A stretch of 63,440 nt of DNA, filler included, from Licmophora abbreviata (lineage: Eukaryota), in the NCBI GenBank assembly GCA_900291995.1. It is 12 parts of 12 records of this genome, joined end to end, with 100 filler letters (N's around TTAATTAATTAA, not from the genome) between each part and the next. Parts side by side here need not be neighbours in the genome. Positions count along the whole stretch, not along the records: positions 39,414 to 52,736 come from OLMU01004629.1; positions 52,837 to 54,215 come from OLMU01004630.1; positions 54,316 to 57,792 come from OLMU01004631.1; positions 57,893 to 63,440 come from OLMU01004632.1; 8 more parts are not named here. One strand, given 5' to 3'. Positions 48,469 through 60,210 of the stretch are shown here, in pieces; the stretch's first letter is position 1; each line of letters opens with the position of its first letter. The position numbers were made by a program, and so were the translations under genes. Below the pieces are notes generated by a model. It saw only the letters and a program-made list of their open reading frames with translations. It was not told the origin of the DNA and ran no database searches.

Positions 48469-48925
48469 GGTGATGATTGCCTTGATCCGATCCGTTGCAA
48501 GTGGTGTTGAAATTGTGAGCGATCGTTGGCACGGGAGTCGTCAGATTTTCTGGCACCAGTGGCGACTCCCTGTGACCGGATTGTAACGGTCGGCTATCAA
48601 GAAACATTCTCCTCGCCAGATTCATCATGGGTGAGTTTGTTGGAGCTCTCCTCGTTTGCATACTTTGGCATCGTCTCACATGAATTTGTGACGGTTCAAA
48701 CACCTTTGTGCGTTGAGTCCAGTCACGCGGATCGCTCATCACGACATATTTTTCGGTAGTATCACTACGTATCATTCTACGTACTCCAGAAAGTTGACTC
48801 ACACAAACGGGATTCGACCGATCATGACAAGACTGGCATCTTACTTTTCTTGGCTTTGTTCTCGCCGTGTGATGATCTCACAATAAATCACAAATCTTCG
48901 ACCTTCTGACCGCACAACGATCCAA

Positions 48926-49744
48926 ATGAATTCTCACTTGATGTCCCCACCTGAGATGGTACCGCTATCTCCAGATAGCCTCGTTGGAAGGGTCGGAACA
49001 GAATGCAGGTGCTACAACCAGAAAGCGCACCAAGACGATGATGATGATGACGTGCCACCTGTCGCCGATGAAAACAACCCAAACTCGTCGTCATCGTACG
49101 GCCACTATGACGCGTCTTTCTGGGGAAATCAAGGGATGCATATTCAAGCTACTACTGAATGTGACCATCACGATCTCTCTGTCGATCCTTGGGGTCGCTA
49201 TGGACATAACGGCGATCCTCCGTACAATTCGTATCAACCGAATGAACACCACGGGGGCAATCATCTTCATGGTCAACACGGCTCGATGCATCCATCGCAG
49301 TATCACCAGACGTTTTGTTCGACGTCGCATGAGTGCAATATGTCTACCTCTGAGTATGATTGTCATCATTTCGATGCCCACACAGCTCGTGATGTGCTGT
49401 GTGGACGAGGAGCCCTCATGGCCTGGCATTCTGGCAACAAAGCCTTTCGAGAGCTCATCAAGCAACACAGGGAAATGTATCTCTTGGCGCGACGCCGAGA
49501 CAAGCCTCGCATTGCTAACTATATTATTGAAGTCATCACATCCAGTGGTGGGAGGTTCTTAAGGGAGATGGACAATCCCAACGGTGGTGATATGAGTGTG
49601 TGGGTAGAGATTGAGAGTATCAAGGCCTACGAGAAGACGACACAGGCACTTCGTGAGGGTGCACCGAAAATGCGACAGCAGTGGAGAGAAGCATTGGCGA
49701 TCCGTGGGAGCGATGTTTCTTCTTATGGTAAAAGGGAAGCATAG
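48926..49744 (+). CDS. DUF6824-domain protein (diatom-expanded); may splice 49728-49798 and extend to 50163
   Basis: DVLCGRG..HSGNKAFRELI..GGRFL..W..AYEKTTQALRE. Confidence 0.85.
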   Translation: MNSHLMSPPEMVPLSPDSLVGRVGTECRCYNQKAHQDDDDDDVPPVADENNPNSSSSYGHYDASFWGNQGMHIQATTECDHHDLSVDPWGRYGHNGDPPYNSYQPNEHHGGNHLHGQHGSMHPSQYHQTFCSTSHECNMSTSEYDCHHFDAHTARDVLCGRGALMAWHSGNKAFRELIKQHREMYLLARRRDKPRIANYIIEVITSSGGRFLREMDNPNGGDMSVWVEIESIKAYEKTTQALREGAPKMRQQWREALAIRGSDVSSYGKREA

Positions 49745-50159
49745 TGAGGTCAGAACATTTTACTAGTTTACAATGAGTTATGAAGCAACTTATGGTAGGT
49801 CATATGTCCCATCACGACGAAACCACACCAACAGACCTCGTCGAATTGTCAGATTCATTCTTTCAAGAGGATGTTGCCGAGAAAGAGTCATGCCGCTTCG
49901 AGAAATCAAGGATAAGAGCGTCTCGTACATTGTATCAGTATCCTCTCATTGCTGGCGATCAATGTGGCTTCATGCCATCGTGTTGTCTCATCATGTCGCT
50001 CATTACAATTCGGATGTCGCGAACACCGTTCGATCTCGCGGCTTTCTTGTTCCATTCATCCCGCCTGTCGGTGCACGCCGCTGTAACGTCGATCACATCG
50101 GAAGAACCATGTCCAATTCGTGATGGCGCTGGTGTGCTTCTTGCCGACCTGATAAAGTC

Positions 50160-50684
50160 ATGACACATTCCCCGTCATTCGGCGCTTTTGCCATCAAGAG
50201 GACAATGAATCGACCTGCGCCGTCGTTGCAAGACTATCAGAACTTTCACGGCATGCTGTGCCATCCCTCTACGGCCAGGCGCTGCATCGATAGTTTTCAG
50301 GGAGGAAGTATCTTGTTCATGCCGACGTTATTGGGCAAGGACCCTAATTCTACCGGTACTTGTGAATCCTTGTCCCGCTACGACTGCTCTGGAGGTGTGC
50401 TGAACGTTTGGACGTACTATGCTCTAGTTCTGGTCAGTTTCACTGGACTTTTGACTCTCTTGGGAAGAACGATGATCCGAGATGCTAAACGGGAGGGAGG
50501 GAGTCCGATATCTTTTGTGAAGACGAACAACAGTACTACAACACCATCATCGTCGGCGTCCGTTTTGACTTCCGACTACGATGACACATTGAGGGTTCAT
50601 CCTTCCGTATTCGACTACATTTGCCGACAGCAGGGCTATGAAACTGACGATAATGTCGAGTTTACGACTCGCGCGTCGCTTTGA
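50160..50684 (+). CDS. Hypothetical single-pass membrane protein
   Basis: 174-aa ATG ORF with one hydrophobic helix (VWTYYALVLVSFTGLLTLLG); no recognised family. Confidence 0.4.
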   Translation: MTHSPSFGAFAIKRTMNRPAPSLQDYQNFHGMLCHPSTARRCIDSFQGGSILFMPTLLGKDPNSTGTCESLSRYDCSGGVLNVWTYYALVLVSFTGLLTLLGRTMIRDAKREGGSPISFVKTNNSTTTPSSSASVLTSDYDDTLRVHPSVFDYICRQQGYETDDNVEFTTRASL

Positions 50685-50940
50685 TTTTTCCTTTGGTCGA
50701 CTCCTTTCGGTCGTCATGTTTCACATTGAAAGTAATCGCGATGATAAGCTGCATCTGGTGGAAGTCTATCGTGTCCAGAATCCACTGCTACGCAGTCTCT
50801 ATCGACGCTTGTTTGATGCAATGGGGTGGGTCTTGCAGCGACTCTCGAGGCAGCAACGGTATAACACAAAAGCGTTGTAGGCTTATTAGTCCAGCGACTT
50901 CATCAAGGTCAACTACTGCCCCATTGTAGCGCTCTATTAC

Positions 50941-52512
50941 CTACAATTTCTCTAACTTTTCATCAATTTCTCGCAGTCGCTCTTCCATTTGTGCTCGATA
51001 CTCTTTCAGAGCTTCAAGAGACTCTTTCTCGTTGAGCTGCTTCTTGGGATTGTTCGAATCGCTATTCGGGGCTGCCTGTTGTTGTTGTTGCTGCTGCTGT
51101 TCTTGCACTAGTAATGTTGTCGGCTTTTCGGTGCTCCACGTTCCATACGGTCCACGTTCTAAAATATATCCCAATGGCTCACTCAGTGGCTTTAACCCAT
51201 GATCCCGCCCGGCCTTTTCAATAGCAAAGATACAGTCTCCAAGGGATCCACCTCGTTCCATGACATCTACCAGTGCCGTGTAGCACGGCTTGTAGTATTG
51301 CATCATTAGCACAGCTTGCATGGCACCCCATCGTGCCTGATTCCGAATCGTCACATCGTCCCATTGCTTCTTGTTGCTGTTGCCATTCAACTGACTCAAA
51401 AAGTAAATGAGAGCCATTTCGTCTCCCGCACCGCCGTCGGCGCGTCCGTATTCGAGCGCTTCGGCCGCAATGCCAGCCATGACGATAATACTATACCGAT
51501 CGACACTGCTTCGCGACAACTTTGAATTGGCATATTCTTGAGACAGTGTCGCGTCAAAGAAGGATGTACCGGCACTGACTTGTCTCTTACCGAACCGTGC
51601 ATCCTGCAAGGCAGCCCAACTGGAGAGGACATAGCCTTCGACGGGACAACCCAGCAAGTATGCGCACAGAAAGTGTCCCGCCTCGTGTTTGGCAATCTTT
51701 TCCGACAATCCCGGTGTCAATACGCGAACCAGACTCTCAAAGACGGCACCGTTGACCACCAACCGATCGACGAAAGACACTAGCAGCGTGGTGAGGACCA
51801 ATAAATTGAAATCGATTCCAAGCTGCATGCTCGCCAGACCCTCCGTGATCGCCAGCAAGATTCCCGCAATCAACAAATTGTTGGTCGGTTTCGGCGTCAA
51901 CGCTTTCATGCCGACTTTTGTAATCTGCTCCAGCAGCATGGGAGTCAGAGTGTGACTCCCCGCCGCCGGAGGTTCCTTGGAGTCTACTGCACCAAACAGC
52001 TGCAAGTACTTCTGTTCCTGTAGGGTCCCGTACATGTTGGTCATGTCCATGCGTGCGGGAGACTGAAGCGGATATTGGCTGTTCGTATCGTCGTTCGTTG
52101 CCATGCGGGTGTTGAGCTGATTTTCTTCGGCAGCGGCTGTGTGTGACTCGATGCAGGCGAAAATACGTTCCCATCGATCGTTCGTCATGTCCAATTTCGA
52201 AGTACTCTGAAGGAAGGAAACAGCCTGACGCAGTTTGCCAGCCGTCAACAGTTCATCCAAGTCTTGTTCGGGGGTAGACAACGATCCATTTGAGTGACTA
52301 GTAGAAGTAGTGGCGGCAGTCGCAGTATCCGAGTCATCGTTGGTGGCCTGTAAGCGATACGGAGCACGGTGGGATTGTGGTGTAGGGACGACGACGCCCG
52401 AGAGCACGGACCGACTCCGAGGCTGGATCTTAGCTGGTGTTGTCGTCGATAGGGGTATGAAACCATGCAATGGCACGACAGCGAGGACAAGTGATAGAAT
52501 GAGAGAGGACAT
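50941..52512 (-). CDS. Plastid-targeted FtsH/M41-like zinc-motif protein lacking the AAA domain (VIR3-like)
   Basis: Signal peptide plus HG-FIP; two TM helices; KHEAGHFLCAYLLGCP; MAGIAAEAL..GRADGGAGDE. Confidence 0.82.
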   Translation of the reverse strand: MSSLILSLVLAVVPLHGFIPLSTTTPAKIQPRSRSVLSGVVVPTPQSHRAPYRLQATNDDSDTATAATTSTSHSNGSLSTPEQDLDELLTAGKLRQAVSFLQSTSKLDMTNDRWERIFACIESHTAAAEENQLNTRMATNDDTNSQYPLQSPARMDMTNMYGTLQEQKYLQLFGAVDSKEPPAAGSHTLTPMLLEQITKVGMKALTPKPTNNLLIAGILLAITEGLASMQLGIDFNLLVLTTLLVSFVDRLVVNGAVFESLVRVLTPGLSEKIAKHEAGHFLCAYLLGCPVEGYVLSSWAALQDARFGKRQVSAGTSFFDATLSQEYANSKLSRSSVDRYSIIVMAGIAAEALEYGRADGGAGDEMALIYFLSQLNGNSNKKQWDDVTIRNQARWGAMQAVLMMQYYKPCYTALVDVMERGGSLGDCIFAIEKAGRDHGLKPLSEPLGYILERGPYGTWSTEKPTTLLVQEQQQQQQQQAAPNSDSNNPKKQLNEKESLEALKEYRAQMEERLREIDEKLEKL

Positions 52513-53174
52513 GGTTCTGCTGATAGTAACAGCAGCTGTCGTACTTCGCGTCGGCGGCATTCTGTGAACTGAATTTAGGGAAGTGTGATCGAAAGCGCAC
52601 TTTGGGTAGTTTTCGTTCCGTATTCTTGAGACTTCCAAGTATCGATCCGAACGAATCAGCAAACAGTGACTACCTGCAGAGAGGAGTCGGTCATGAACTG
52701 GATCTACCTGCTAGGGTGAGAGAGGTACAGAGCCCTNNNNNNNNNNNNNNNNNNNNNNNNNNNNNNNNNNNNNNNNNNNNTTAATTAATTAANNNNNNNN
52801 NNNNNNNNNNNNNNNNNNNNNNNNNNNNNNNNNNNNACAGAGCCCTGACGAAGTCGTACGATGCCACCCTTCATGGACGCGACGACTTTTGGACTGACTC
52901 TGACTCGTCCGGAATTTCAACTCAAAGAGGGCATCAGAGTTCGCTCGCCACGTCACGATGTTCCGTCCAGTCACTAGTGTGACTCGACTCGACAGAGCGA
53001 CGACGAGCGGTTAGGTACGATCGAAGACTAATGCGGGACAGTTGCTATCGCATCAAATCGACTCACTCCTTTCGAAGCCAGGAAGTGAGTCTTCTAGTAG
53101 GGGTGCTTTAACCGACTAACGAAGCGGACAAAGAAACGAAATGGCTCTAATATAAAATGGTAGGACCAACCGCT

Positions 53175-55678
53175 CTATCCCGCGAGCAAGGTCGATTCCA
53201 CACCAATTTCTAGTCCCCCATTCGTCTCGGCATTGGCAGCTTGATCATCATCACCGCCACTACCGATTGGACTCTCTTCCACTGGTTCTTCCTTGGGCTG
53301 CAGTAGACGCGCATTGCTCTTGTCGAGAATTGCACGCCGGAATTCCTCACGCGAAACCTCCCCATTCCCATCCTTGTCCATACTTGAAAACAACTCTTCG
53401 ATTTGATCACAAGTCAACCCTGCCTTGTGCATATACTCCGTAACTTCCCCCTGATCAATCGTGTCGGACTGATCCACATCGACCGCGTTGAAAATCGCGT
53501 CGGCTTCCGCCTCTGTGGATGCTCCGTGAAGAATGGCTTGACGGAATTCTTCCGCGACAGATTCCGGATCATCATCCTTGGTGACGGGCGACGAGTACAT
53601 GCCGTTGCGTCTTCCTTTGGCTCGCTGTCGCTTTTCGTCTGTCTTGAGCTCGTCCTTGCGGGAGCACGAGTCGAACAACGTATCGAAGGCTTGGACGGTT
53701 GCAAAGCCAAACATCAGACCCAAGGCTAGGGAGGTGGAAATGATCATGAGACCCGAGAAGACGTTGTTGGCCGCCTCATCGAGGGCGTACGTTTTGTACA
53801 CAAGGTCCGTGCCTTCGATCGTTGCCTCTTCAATAATGAGCGGAGGAGGGAAGATGTAGTTGAACCAAAGCTTGGCAATCATGGATCCCGGAACGAGCTG
53901 GTAGAGGGCTGGCATAAGGATACTCCAAATATTCATATCTTGCGATCCCACAACCGTCTCAATAATCAAATTCTCTTCGGCAGGCTCCAGCTTGATTTCT
54001 TGGCGGACATGACTAGGATCCTTGAGTTCTCGTTTGGCTGTTCGGAGTTTCTTCTCCAAGTCCAACTTCAAGCGATCACTCTTTCGTCCCACTCCAATCA
54101 TGTTTTCGAATCGCACGCCGCACGCAATACACTTATACATGAAGTTTCCAACACGAGACGTGTTTCCCTCCGGATGCAAGATGCGACCATCACGGTAGTA
54201 GTGGAGCTGGTGGACNNNNNNNNNNNNNNNNNNNNNNNNNNNNNNNNNNNNNNNNNNNNTTAATTAATTAANNNNNNNNNNNNNNNNNNNNNNNNNNNNN
54301 NNNNNNNNNNNNNNNTAGTGGAGCTGGTGGACAAAGTAGGAGACCCCACAAGCAGATACGACCGAGGCCGCAGATGCAAACACGTTGGACGTGGCCGTAT
54401 CCAAGTTGTCACGATTGTACAGGGTGGCAAAGTAGTTGAACAGGACGTATTGCACTTCGTAGCCGACCAGCATGACCACAAGAGCCCGCCAGTAGCGCAC
54501 AACAGGAAATCGGTACTGGCCCAAGACGGCAGCCGAGCACAAAAGGTAGAGCGGGATGCGCCACCACTTGTCGTCCAAATTGATTCTGGCGCAATTGTCC
54601 GCAGATTCGAGCCAGGCCTCGGTGGCGTCGCCCACAACGAGCAAGCCAAAGGAGGCACCGAGACAGAGGACAAAGGTCTTGACGCTGACGGCAATAAAGC
54701 GCGTAACTCCCACCTCAAGCTCCCCGGCGATAATCTCCAGAATGCCAATGACAAAGGCCGTTCCGTAAAAGTACCAATACAACGTTCCGAGAAAGATGGC
54801 AGAGATACAGACGTCTTCGCCACCGTAACGATAAAAGAGGCCGCCAATGATGCCCGTTGTGGTGCCAATCAGTACGTCCGTGAGAATTCCTGCACCCATG
54901 AGGGACAAAGACCATTCGACGATGCCCGCAGCAAAGCCGCAGAGGGCAGCTACGCCAAAATCTGTCCAATCGCCACTGGTGATTTTACAAACAAAAATTG
55001 AGTGAGAAGTAGGGCACGCGGATCAGATATACTATCCTGCACAAGAGTCCCATCGCACACACTATGAAGTGGAGTGATGACTTCATCAATTCGTTCTCCC
55101 CACCACCTGCCACTTACTTGAAGAAGATGACCGCACACGTTGCCGCCACCAGCGGATACAAGACGAGACGACCTGGAAAGTCTCTCAAGAAGCGTCCTGA
55201 CGTGGCCGTGTGTTTTCCTTGCTTGGTTTCCGACTGATAAATAAGAGCCTCGTGGACATTGATTTCCCCATCCATGAGCGCAACTGCAATGCGCATGTAA
55301 ATGTCCTGGTACTCGCTGTCGTAATCGTACGGGACCTTCCGGTAGAGCTCATGGCCTCCGTCTTGGAGCCGAAATTGCATTTGAAAGACTCCCAAATCCC
55401 ACGTCATGCGGATACGGAAGCGCTCCTTGAGCTGCTGCAAGATCTTGGAGGTCAACAGCGTCATATGCCAGGCGCGGTGGAGTTCCACGGCAGTGCGAAT
55501 GGTAAACATGACCCACAAGGCGTACTCGTCTCCGAATTTGGAAGCCAATGACTTGTAGACGCGCTGCATGTCGGCAGGCAAGGTTTTGATATCGAACTTG
55601 CGCTCGCTGAGCTGAATCACATCGCGGATGCTTGAAGTCTCGGACGAATTGTCGGTAGACGATCTAGACTTGGGGCAT
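53175..55678 (-). CDS. ThrE-type (threonine/serine exporter-like) membrane protein with a C-terminal EF-hand pair
   Basis: Intron 54976-55117 gives AVIFFNGDWTDFGVAALCG; EIIAGELEVGVTRF; ILMPALYQLVPGS; EF loops DVDQSDTIDQGE and DKDGNGEVSREE. The start needs one C removed at 55672-55675; gap flanks overlap. Confidence 0.72.
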
Positions 55679-56073
55679 GATGGTGGTGATGGTGATGCAG
55701 TATGGTGCCGTGTGATGCCGACCTTTGCTGTTCACTGTCTGATCCGAAATCGGACTGTGAGAATCCAAAAGTCGTATAGATTGAGTCGTGTGTCCTCCTG
55801 TTGTGTGTGAGTCGAGTCAGTCTTGCCGGGTTTGAAACGCGCGATGCGGGATTGAATTTCTTGGAGCGCTGTTTCCCCCGCAACAGCCTTTCCAATCACA
55901 CACCACACCACATCAGGCAGTATAGATGATCTACACTCCTAGCTACGCGAGAAGCTGTGGACGGATTCGTATGGCAACCATCATGAAGTACAATGCATCA
56001 CTCCAATCCTCACCACATCACTCCGAAAGCTCACAATTTAAGTATACTAGCACAGTATTAGTAGCTAGCAAAC

Positions 56074-57193
56074 TCATACAAACTTTGCCAGATAGGACAT
56101 GCCCAAGAATCCCACCAGCATGCTGGCAAGCTTGAGGACTTCCGATTGCTTTTGCGACAAGGATGACCCACCTTGACTACTTCTGCCAGCATGCCGACGA
56201 CAAATTAGCAACTCCTTCATACCCACTTCCATAATGCTCACATACAGAAAGGTTCCAGCGACAATGGCTTTTATGATGGCGATCGTGCGACTGGAGTCGT
56301 CACTCAAGTCCCACAGCATACCAATGCCAATGCCAGAGGGAGTGGAGAGTGCAAAGAAAAGTCCAAAGAGGATGCATCGATCGTTGGAAATATCGGCTGC
56401 CACCAAAGTGGACCCCAAGGCGTATCCTGCAAAGACCTTGTGTGCGACAATGGCAGTGGCAGTGGAATAAATATCCCTGGTAGAGACCACAACTCCAATC
56501 GAGAGGCCTGCTAGGACCGAGTGTATGCACAGAGCCATGAGGAGCATGAGAGAAGCGACGATGGAACCGTGCAAGTGTGCGGCCAAGTGTTGGTCGTGAT
56601 GATGATGATGCTGCTGCTGCTGCTGCGACGAACGGCTTTCTCCAAAGAGACGAATGGACAGTCTGGAATCACGTCGACTGCTATTGTGCGGTGGGAGGTT
56701 CCAACTCGATGAGTTTTCTTTGTGACTCGCGTGGTGGAGGAGAGGTTGCTTCTCATCGTTCTGCAAGGACGCCGCCGTATCGGCAGATTCGAGGGCGGAA
56801 CGAAAACAAAACTTCCTCGACAGCCATGGGCTTGAGCTTCGCCTTCCTGTACAAGACGCAGTGAGGTGACGCAGTCTTGAGTCTCGTCGTCGTCCGATAC
56901 CAACAAGAGCAAGTGCAAGGACTCTTCCAAAATGAGAAAGAGAATAAACGTCAAGGCACAGAGAAAGAAGCTCCATGGAAAGTCGTCGCTCGTCGTTTGC
57001 AAAGTAGACGCACTGTCGGCCAACTGATGGACGAGAGCTGCTGCAAGGAGCACTCCAGAAGCCATCATGGTGCCGGCGGAGAACAAGACACTGTTGTCTA
57101 CTAGAAGAGGGGAGCCAGCGTCGAGGCGAGGCCGCAGAGGAAAATCACCAAGGCAGTCACGAGTTTTGTCGCTGCAAGTGATACTGCTGTCAT
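56074..57193 (-). CDS. ZIP (Zrt/Irt) metal transporter with two apparent 1-nt frameshifts
   Basis: TM1 KLVTALVIFLCGLASTLAPLF; ASGVLLAAALVHQL; His-rich loop; ALCIHSVLAGLSIG; HKVFAGYALG; AGTFLYVSIME. Shifts at about 57103 and about 56810. Confidence 0.85.
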
Positions 57194-57412
57194 GATGATG
57201 ATGATGAGGGGGAGGAGAAACCAATCAAACCATCAGAGAGGAGCCATACCATGATACAGCGACCATCATCGTCATTCTGAAACGGAGAGATTTTGAGATT
57301 TTCAATTTAGAAGTAAATTTTTGCCATTGTGGACGACGGACAGACTTTCGCGCCCAAAACGCTCAAGACAAAACAAGAAAACCCAAAATTGAAATTGCGA
57401 TCAGGATGAACC

Positions 57413-58535
57413 ATGATGAAAGCGTCTCTTGGCAAGATAACCATCACCATGGTGTTCTCTTGTTCTTATTGCAGTGCCATGACACTACTTTTACTTTTGA
57501 CATTCGGAGAAGCCTTCACGAACAAAGCTGGGATCAATCGCCAACGCACTATTGCTATTTCGCCAAGACGTCCATCCCAAACTACAAGTAGCAGTCGCAT
57601 CCTCATGGTCCGAAACGTGGACTTGCCGGAAGCGGTCGTCTTTTATGGCTTAAACTCCATACTACAGATGGACAAGGAAGAACAACTGCTTCCAGGAGTT
57701 TCAAATATACTGAACGAGTGTCAAGATGTCGAAACACCCGTTGTGGTCGTAGTGGACGAGCCGAAGAAGAATCAGGAGCACACTACTACATCNNNNNNNN
57801 NNNNNNNNNNNNNNNNNNNNNNNNNNNNNNNNNNNNTTAATTAATTAANNNNNNNNNNNNNNNNNNNNNNNNNNNNNNNNNNNNNNNNNNNNCGTAGTGG
57901 ACGAGCCGAAGAAGAATCAGGAGCACACTACTACATCCATACTCCATGAAGCTATTCTGCGGAACTACCCGTTCGTATCGATACGGTCCTCATCACAGCA
58001 TTCATCCTCAGCCCGCCGTGCACTCTATCAAGCACTGAAAGGCACTACCATAGTACCACGGTCGTTTGGTGGAAGTTCTGGCTTTGGTCGTCGTCAATGG
58101 AACGAACCGGAACGTGTCGTGGAGTTCCAACATGTCGTTGTCTTGTGCAGTGCTACCAATGATGATGATAGTCATCCCAATTGCATTGACATTTGTCGTG
58201 CCGCGAGGTTTCTGGGCATGCGTGTTCTGTGTTTGGAGCAATCTTCAACAACAGTAGACAATGATCTTGCCGATGCGATTGTCACTTCGTGGGAAGAAAT
58301 TGTCAGTCTCGAAGACATTGCCACTCCCGGTTCCTTTTGGCTTAATCCACCGCATCCCCGAGACGATGACGGGAATCAAGTGGATTTTAGTATGGACGAC
58401 GATGATGACGATGAGGGGGAGACGAGCGATGGAGACTCTAGCAGTGACTCTCAGGACGAACTTTTGACAGAAGCATCATTGCCCATGGGAGAGGACGAAA
58501 TGTCTCGCATCTTGGCAGATTTGGACTCCTTGTAA
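57413..58535 (+). CDS. Probable plastid-targeted HAD-like hypothetical protein
   Basis: GEA-F presequence motif; LLPGVSNILNEC, AARFLGMRVLCL, DIATPGSFWLNPP; frame continuous across overlapping gap flanks. Confidence 0.65.
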
Positions 58536-58575
58536 TGATATTCATAACATTTGCGCAAAGTTATCGTTCTCTATG

Positions 58576-60210
58576 TCATCTCCCTATTCCCCACATCATG
58601 ACTTGCCACACTGTACTGTTGTTGTTGTGTGCTTGGTCGTGACATGGGTTCGGATCATGTGTGTTAACTCCTGCAACGTTCGTAGACGGCGGTACAAATA
58701 GGGTTGTGTACACTGTGACTGCCGTTGTGACGACTGCCACAACGATTCCTCCCACCAACAAGATCCAAGCCTTGTAGTATCTACTACTACTACTATTGCG
58801 TTGCTGCATCTTGACTCCCACCCATCCTGGAAGGACGAATCCTAATATACTCGACGTACTTCCCCCCAACAAACCAAAGACGACGGTAATGTTGGGGACC
58901 ACTAAGGCGAGTGCCAAGGCACTGCCGGCAATGGCGACTGTCAGAAGGACATGACGTATCCTCTGTTTGGCGTTTCGAGGTGTAGATTCTGTCTCTTGCA
59001 TGGCTTGGTGAGACGCCTCCTCCTCGTCATGAACGTTGTCTTCTTCTTGTTGTTGTTGTTGTTGTTCCTCCATATCCAACAACAATGCTTGTTGCAGGGT
59101 CTCGTTGGCATATCGTGATGGTGACGACGACGACGATGAACACAAGAGTCCCTCCAGGGTCACACGGGCCGGAAAGATATTGAGAGGAAAGGCTACAACA
59201 ACAGCAATCGCCATGCTCCAAAAGGTAAGTTGCCATAGTCCCTGTGGACAGTAGAGTTGCAAGACGTTGGGAGGAATCATGGTTGTAGTACTGCCCGTAG
59301 TATCCAACAGGGTGGTGATGGAAATGGTGGCATAGAGTGCTGTGCAGACAGCCACGGCCGTGTACAAGACAGGTCGAAAACGAGCCTTGTCGGGGTATTC
59401 TTGATAGATGGCACAGACATTGACTTGACAGGAAAAGGCAAAGAGTAGAATGGGACAAGCTTGAATGACTGATATCATGCTGCCATCCTTTGATGACGCC
59501 AAGGGACTGTTGCGAACGAAAAGACTGTCGTCTTTTTGAGAGTCATCATTCTCAGCGTGGCGGTCCATGTCCAAATGCACTATCGCCGATACAATGAGCA
59601 TACAAATAGCAACGATTCCGATCGAAGATGCATACTGCAAGTGTTCCATGCTCCGTAGGAGCGACAATGGCAACATGGCTACACACCATGCCAGCATCAT
59701 GACCGCACCGCGTGAACGAGCATCGCCGACGATTGGTTCCAGTATATCTCCCACGGCCACAACGTAGGCCACCGCGCACCCGATGCAAAAGACCAGCATA
59801 CAGACTTCGGTGAGGCGTCGTGCCGAAACTCCTAGTACCTGCTGAGTGAGACCCTCGTATGTGTACTCTTGCAAGACACTGCAGGCCTCTGCTAGAACCT
59901 CCAGGGACCAGTAGGTGGCGACGGCCGAGCAAAGCAACAAGATCGTGGCCCAAATCCATCCGGCTTTTTGAAAGGCGTAGGGGAGTCCCAGAATGCCAGC
60001 TCCCAAAGTGGCACTGCATAAGTTTGCCACCGCGCCCCAAAACTGCGGATGTGGTAGGACAGAGGACTCTTCTTGTTGTTGTTGTCCCGCTGTCTCCGAT
60101 ACTGCTGCTTCGTCGCCTTCATTGTTCGTAAGATCAGTGATGTCTCTTCTTGTTTCTTCTTTGCTGTCTTGACTCGAGCGGAGAAAAAGCCTAGATGTGT
60201 CTTCCATCAT
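58576..60210 (-). CDS. Amino acid transporter (AAAP/SLC38 family)
   Basis: NLCSATLGAGILGLPYAF; FAFSCQVNV; AFPLNIFPAR; VFGLLGGS; about 11 TM helices. Confidence 0.92.
   Translation of the reverse strand: MMEDTSRLFLRSSQDSKEETRRDITDLTNNEGDEAAVSETAGQQQQEESSVLPHPQFWGAVANLCSATLGAGILGLPYAFQKAGWIWATILLLCSAVATYWSLEVLAEACSVLQEYTYEGLTQQVLGVSARRLTEVCMLVFCIGCAVAYVVAVGDILEPIVGDARSRGAVMMLAWCVAMLPLSLLRSMEHLQYASSIGIVAICMLIVSAIVHLDMDRHAENDDSQKDDSLFVRNSPLASSKDGSMISVIQACPILLFAFSCQVNVCAIYQEYPDKARFRPVLYTAVAVCTALYATISITTLLDTTGSTTTMIPPNVLQLYCPQGLWQLTFWSMAIAVVVAFPLNIFPARVTLEGLLCSSSSSSPSRYANETLQQALLLDMEEQQQQQQEEDNVHDEEEASHQAMQETESTPRNAKQRIRHVLLTVAIAGSALALALVVPNITVVFGLLGGSTSSILGFVLPGWVGVKMQQRNSSSSRYYKAWILLVGGIVVAVVTTAVTVYTTLFVPPSTNVAGVNTHDPNPCHDQAHNNNSTVWQVMMWGIGR

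Larger units (their letters stand above)
4202..57892. other. Eleven artificial 100-nt scaffold spacers (N44-TTAATTAATTAA-N44) at 4202-4301, 13657-13756, 14891-14990, 17503-17602, 26430-26529, 30883-30982, 36379-36478, 39314-39413, 52737-52836, 54216-54315 and 57793-57892
   Basis: Identical length and a palindromic all-frame-stop linker each time. At seven of them the same sequence appears on both flanks, so the contigs overlap. Confidence 0.97.

Noticed and set aside
4202..57892. Regularly recurring TTAATTAATTAA palindrome and duplicated sequence either side of N runs (CRISPR-, att- or TSD-like)
   Set aside because: Always centred in exactly 100-nt N spacers, so it is an assembly linker; the flanking duplications are contig overlaps
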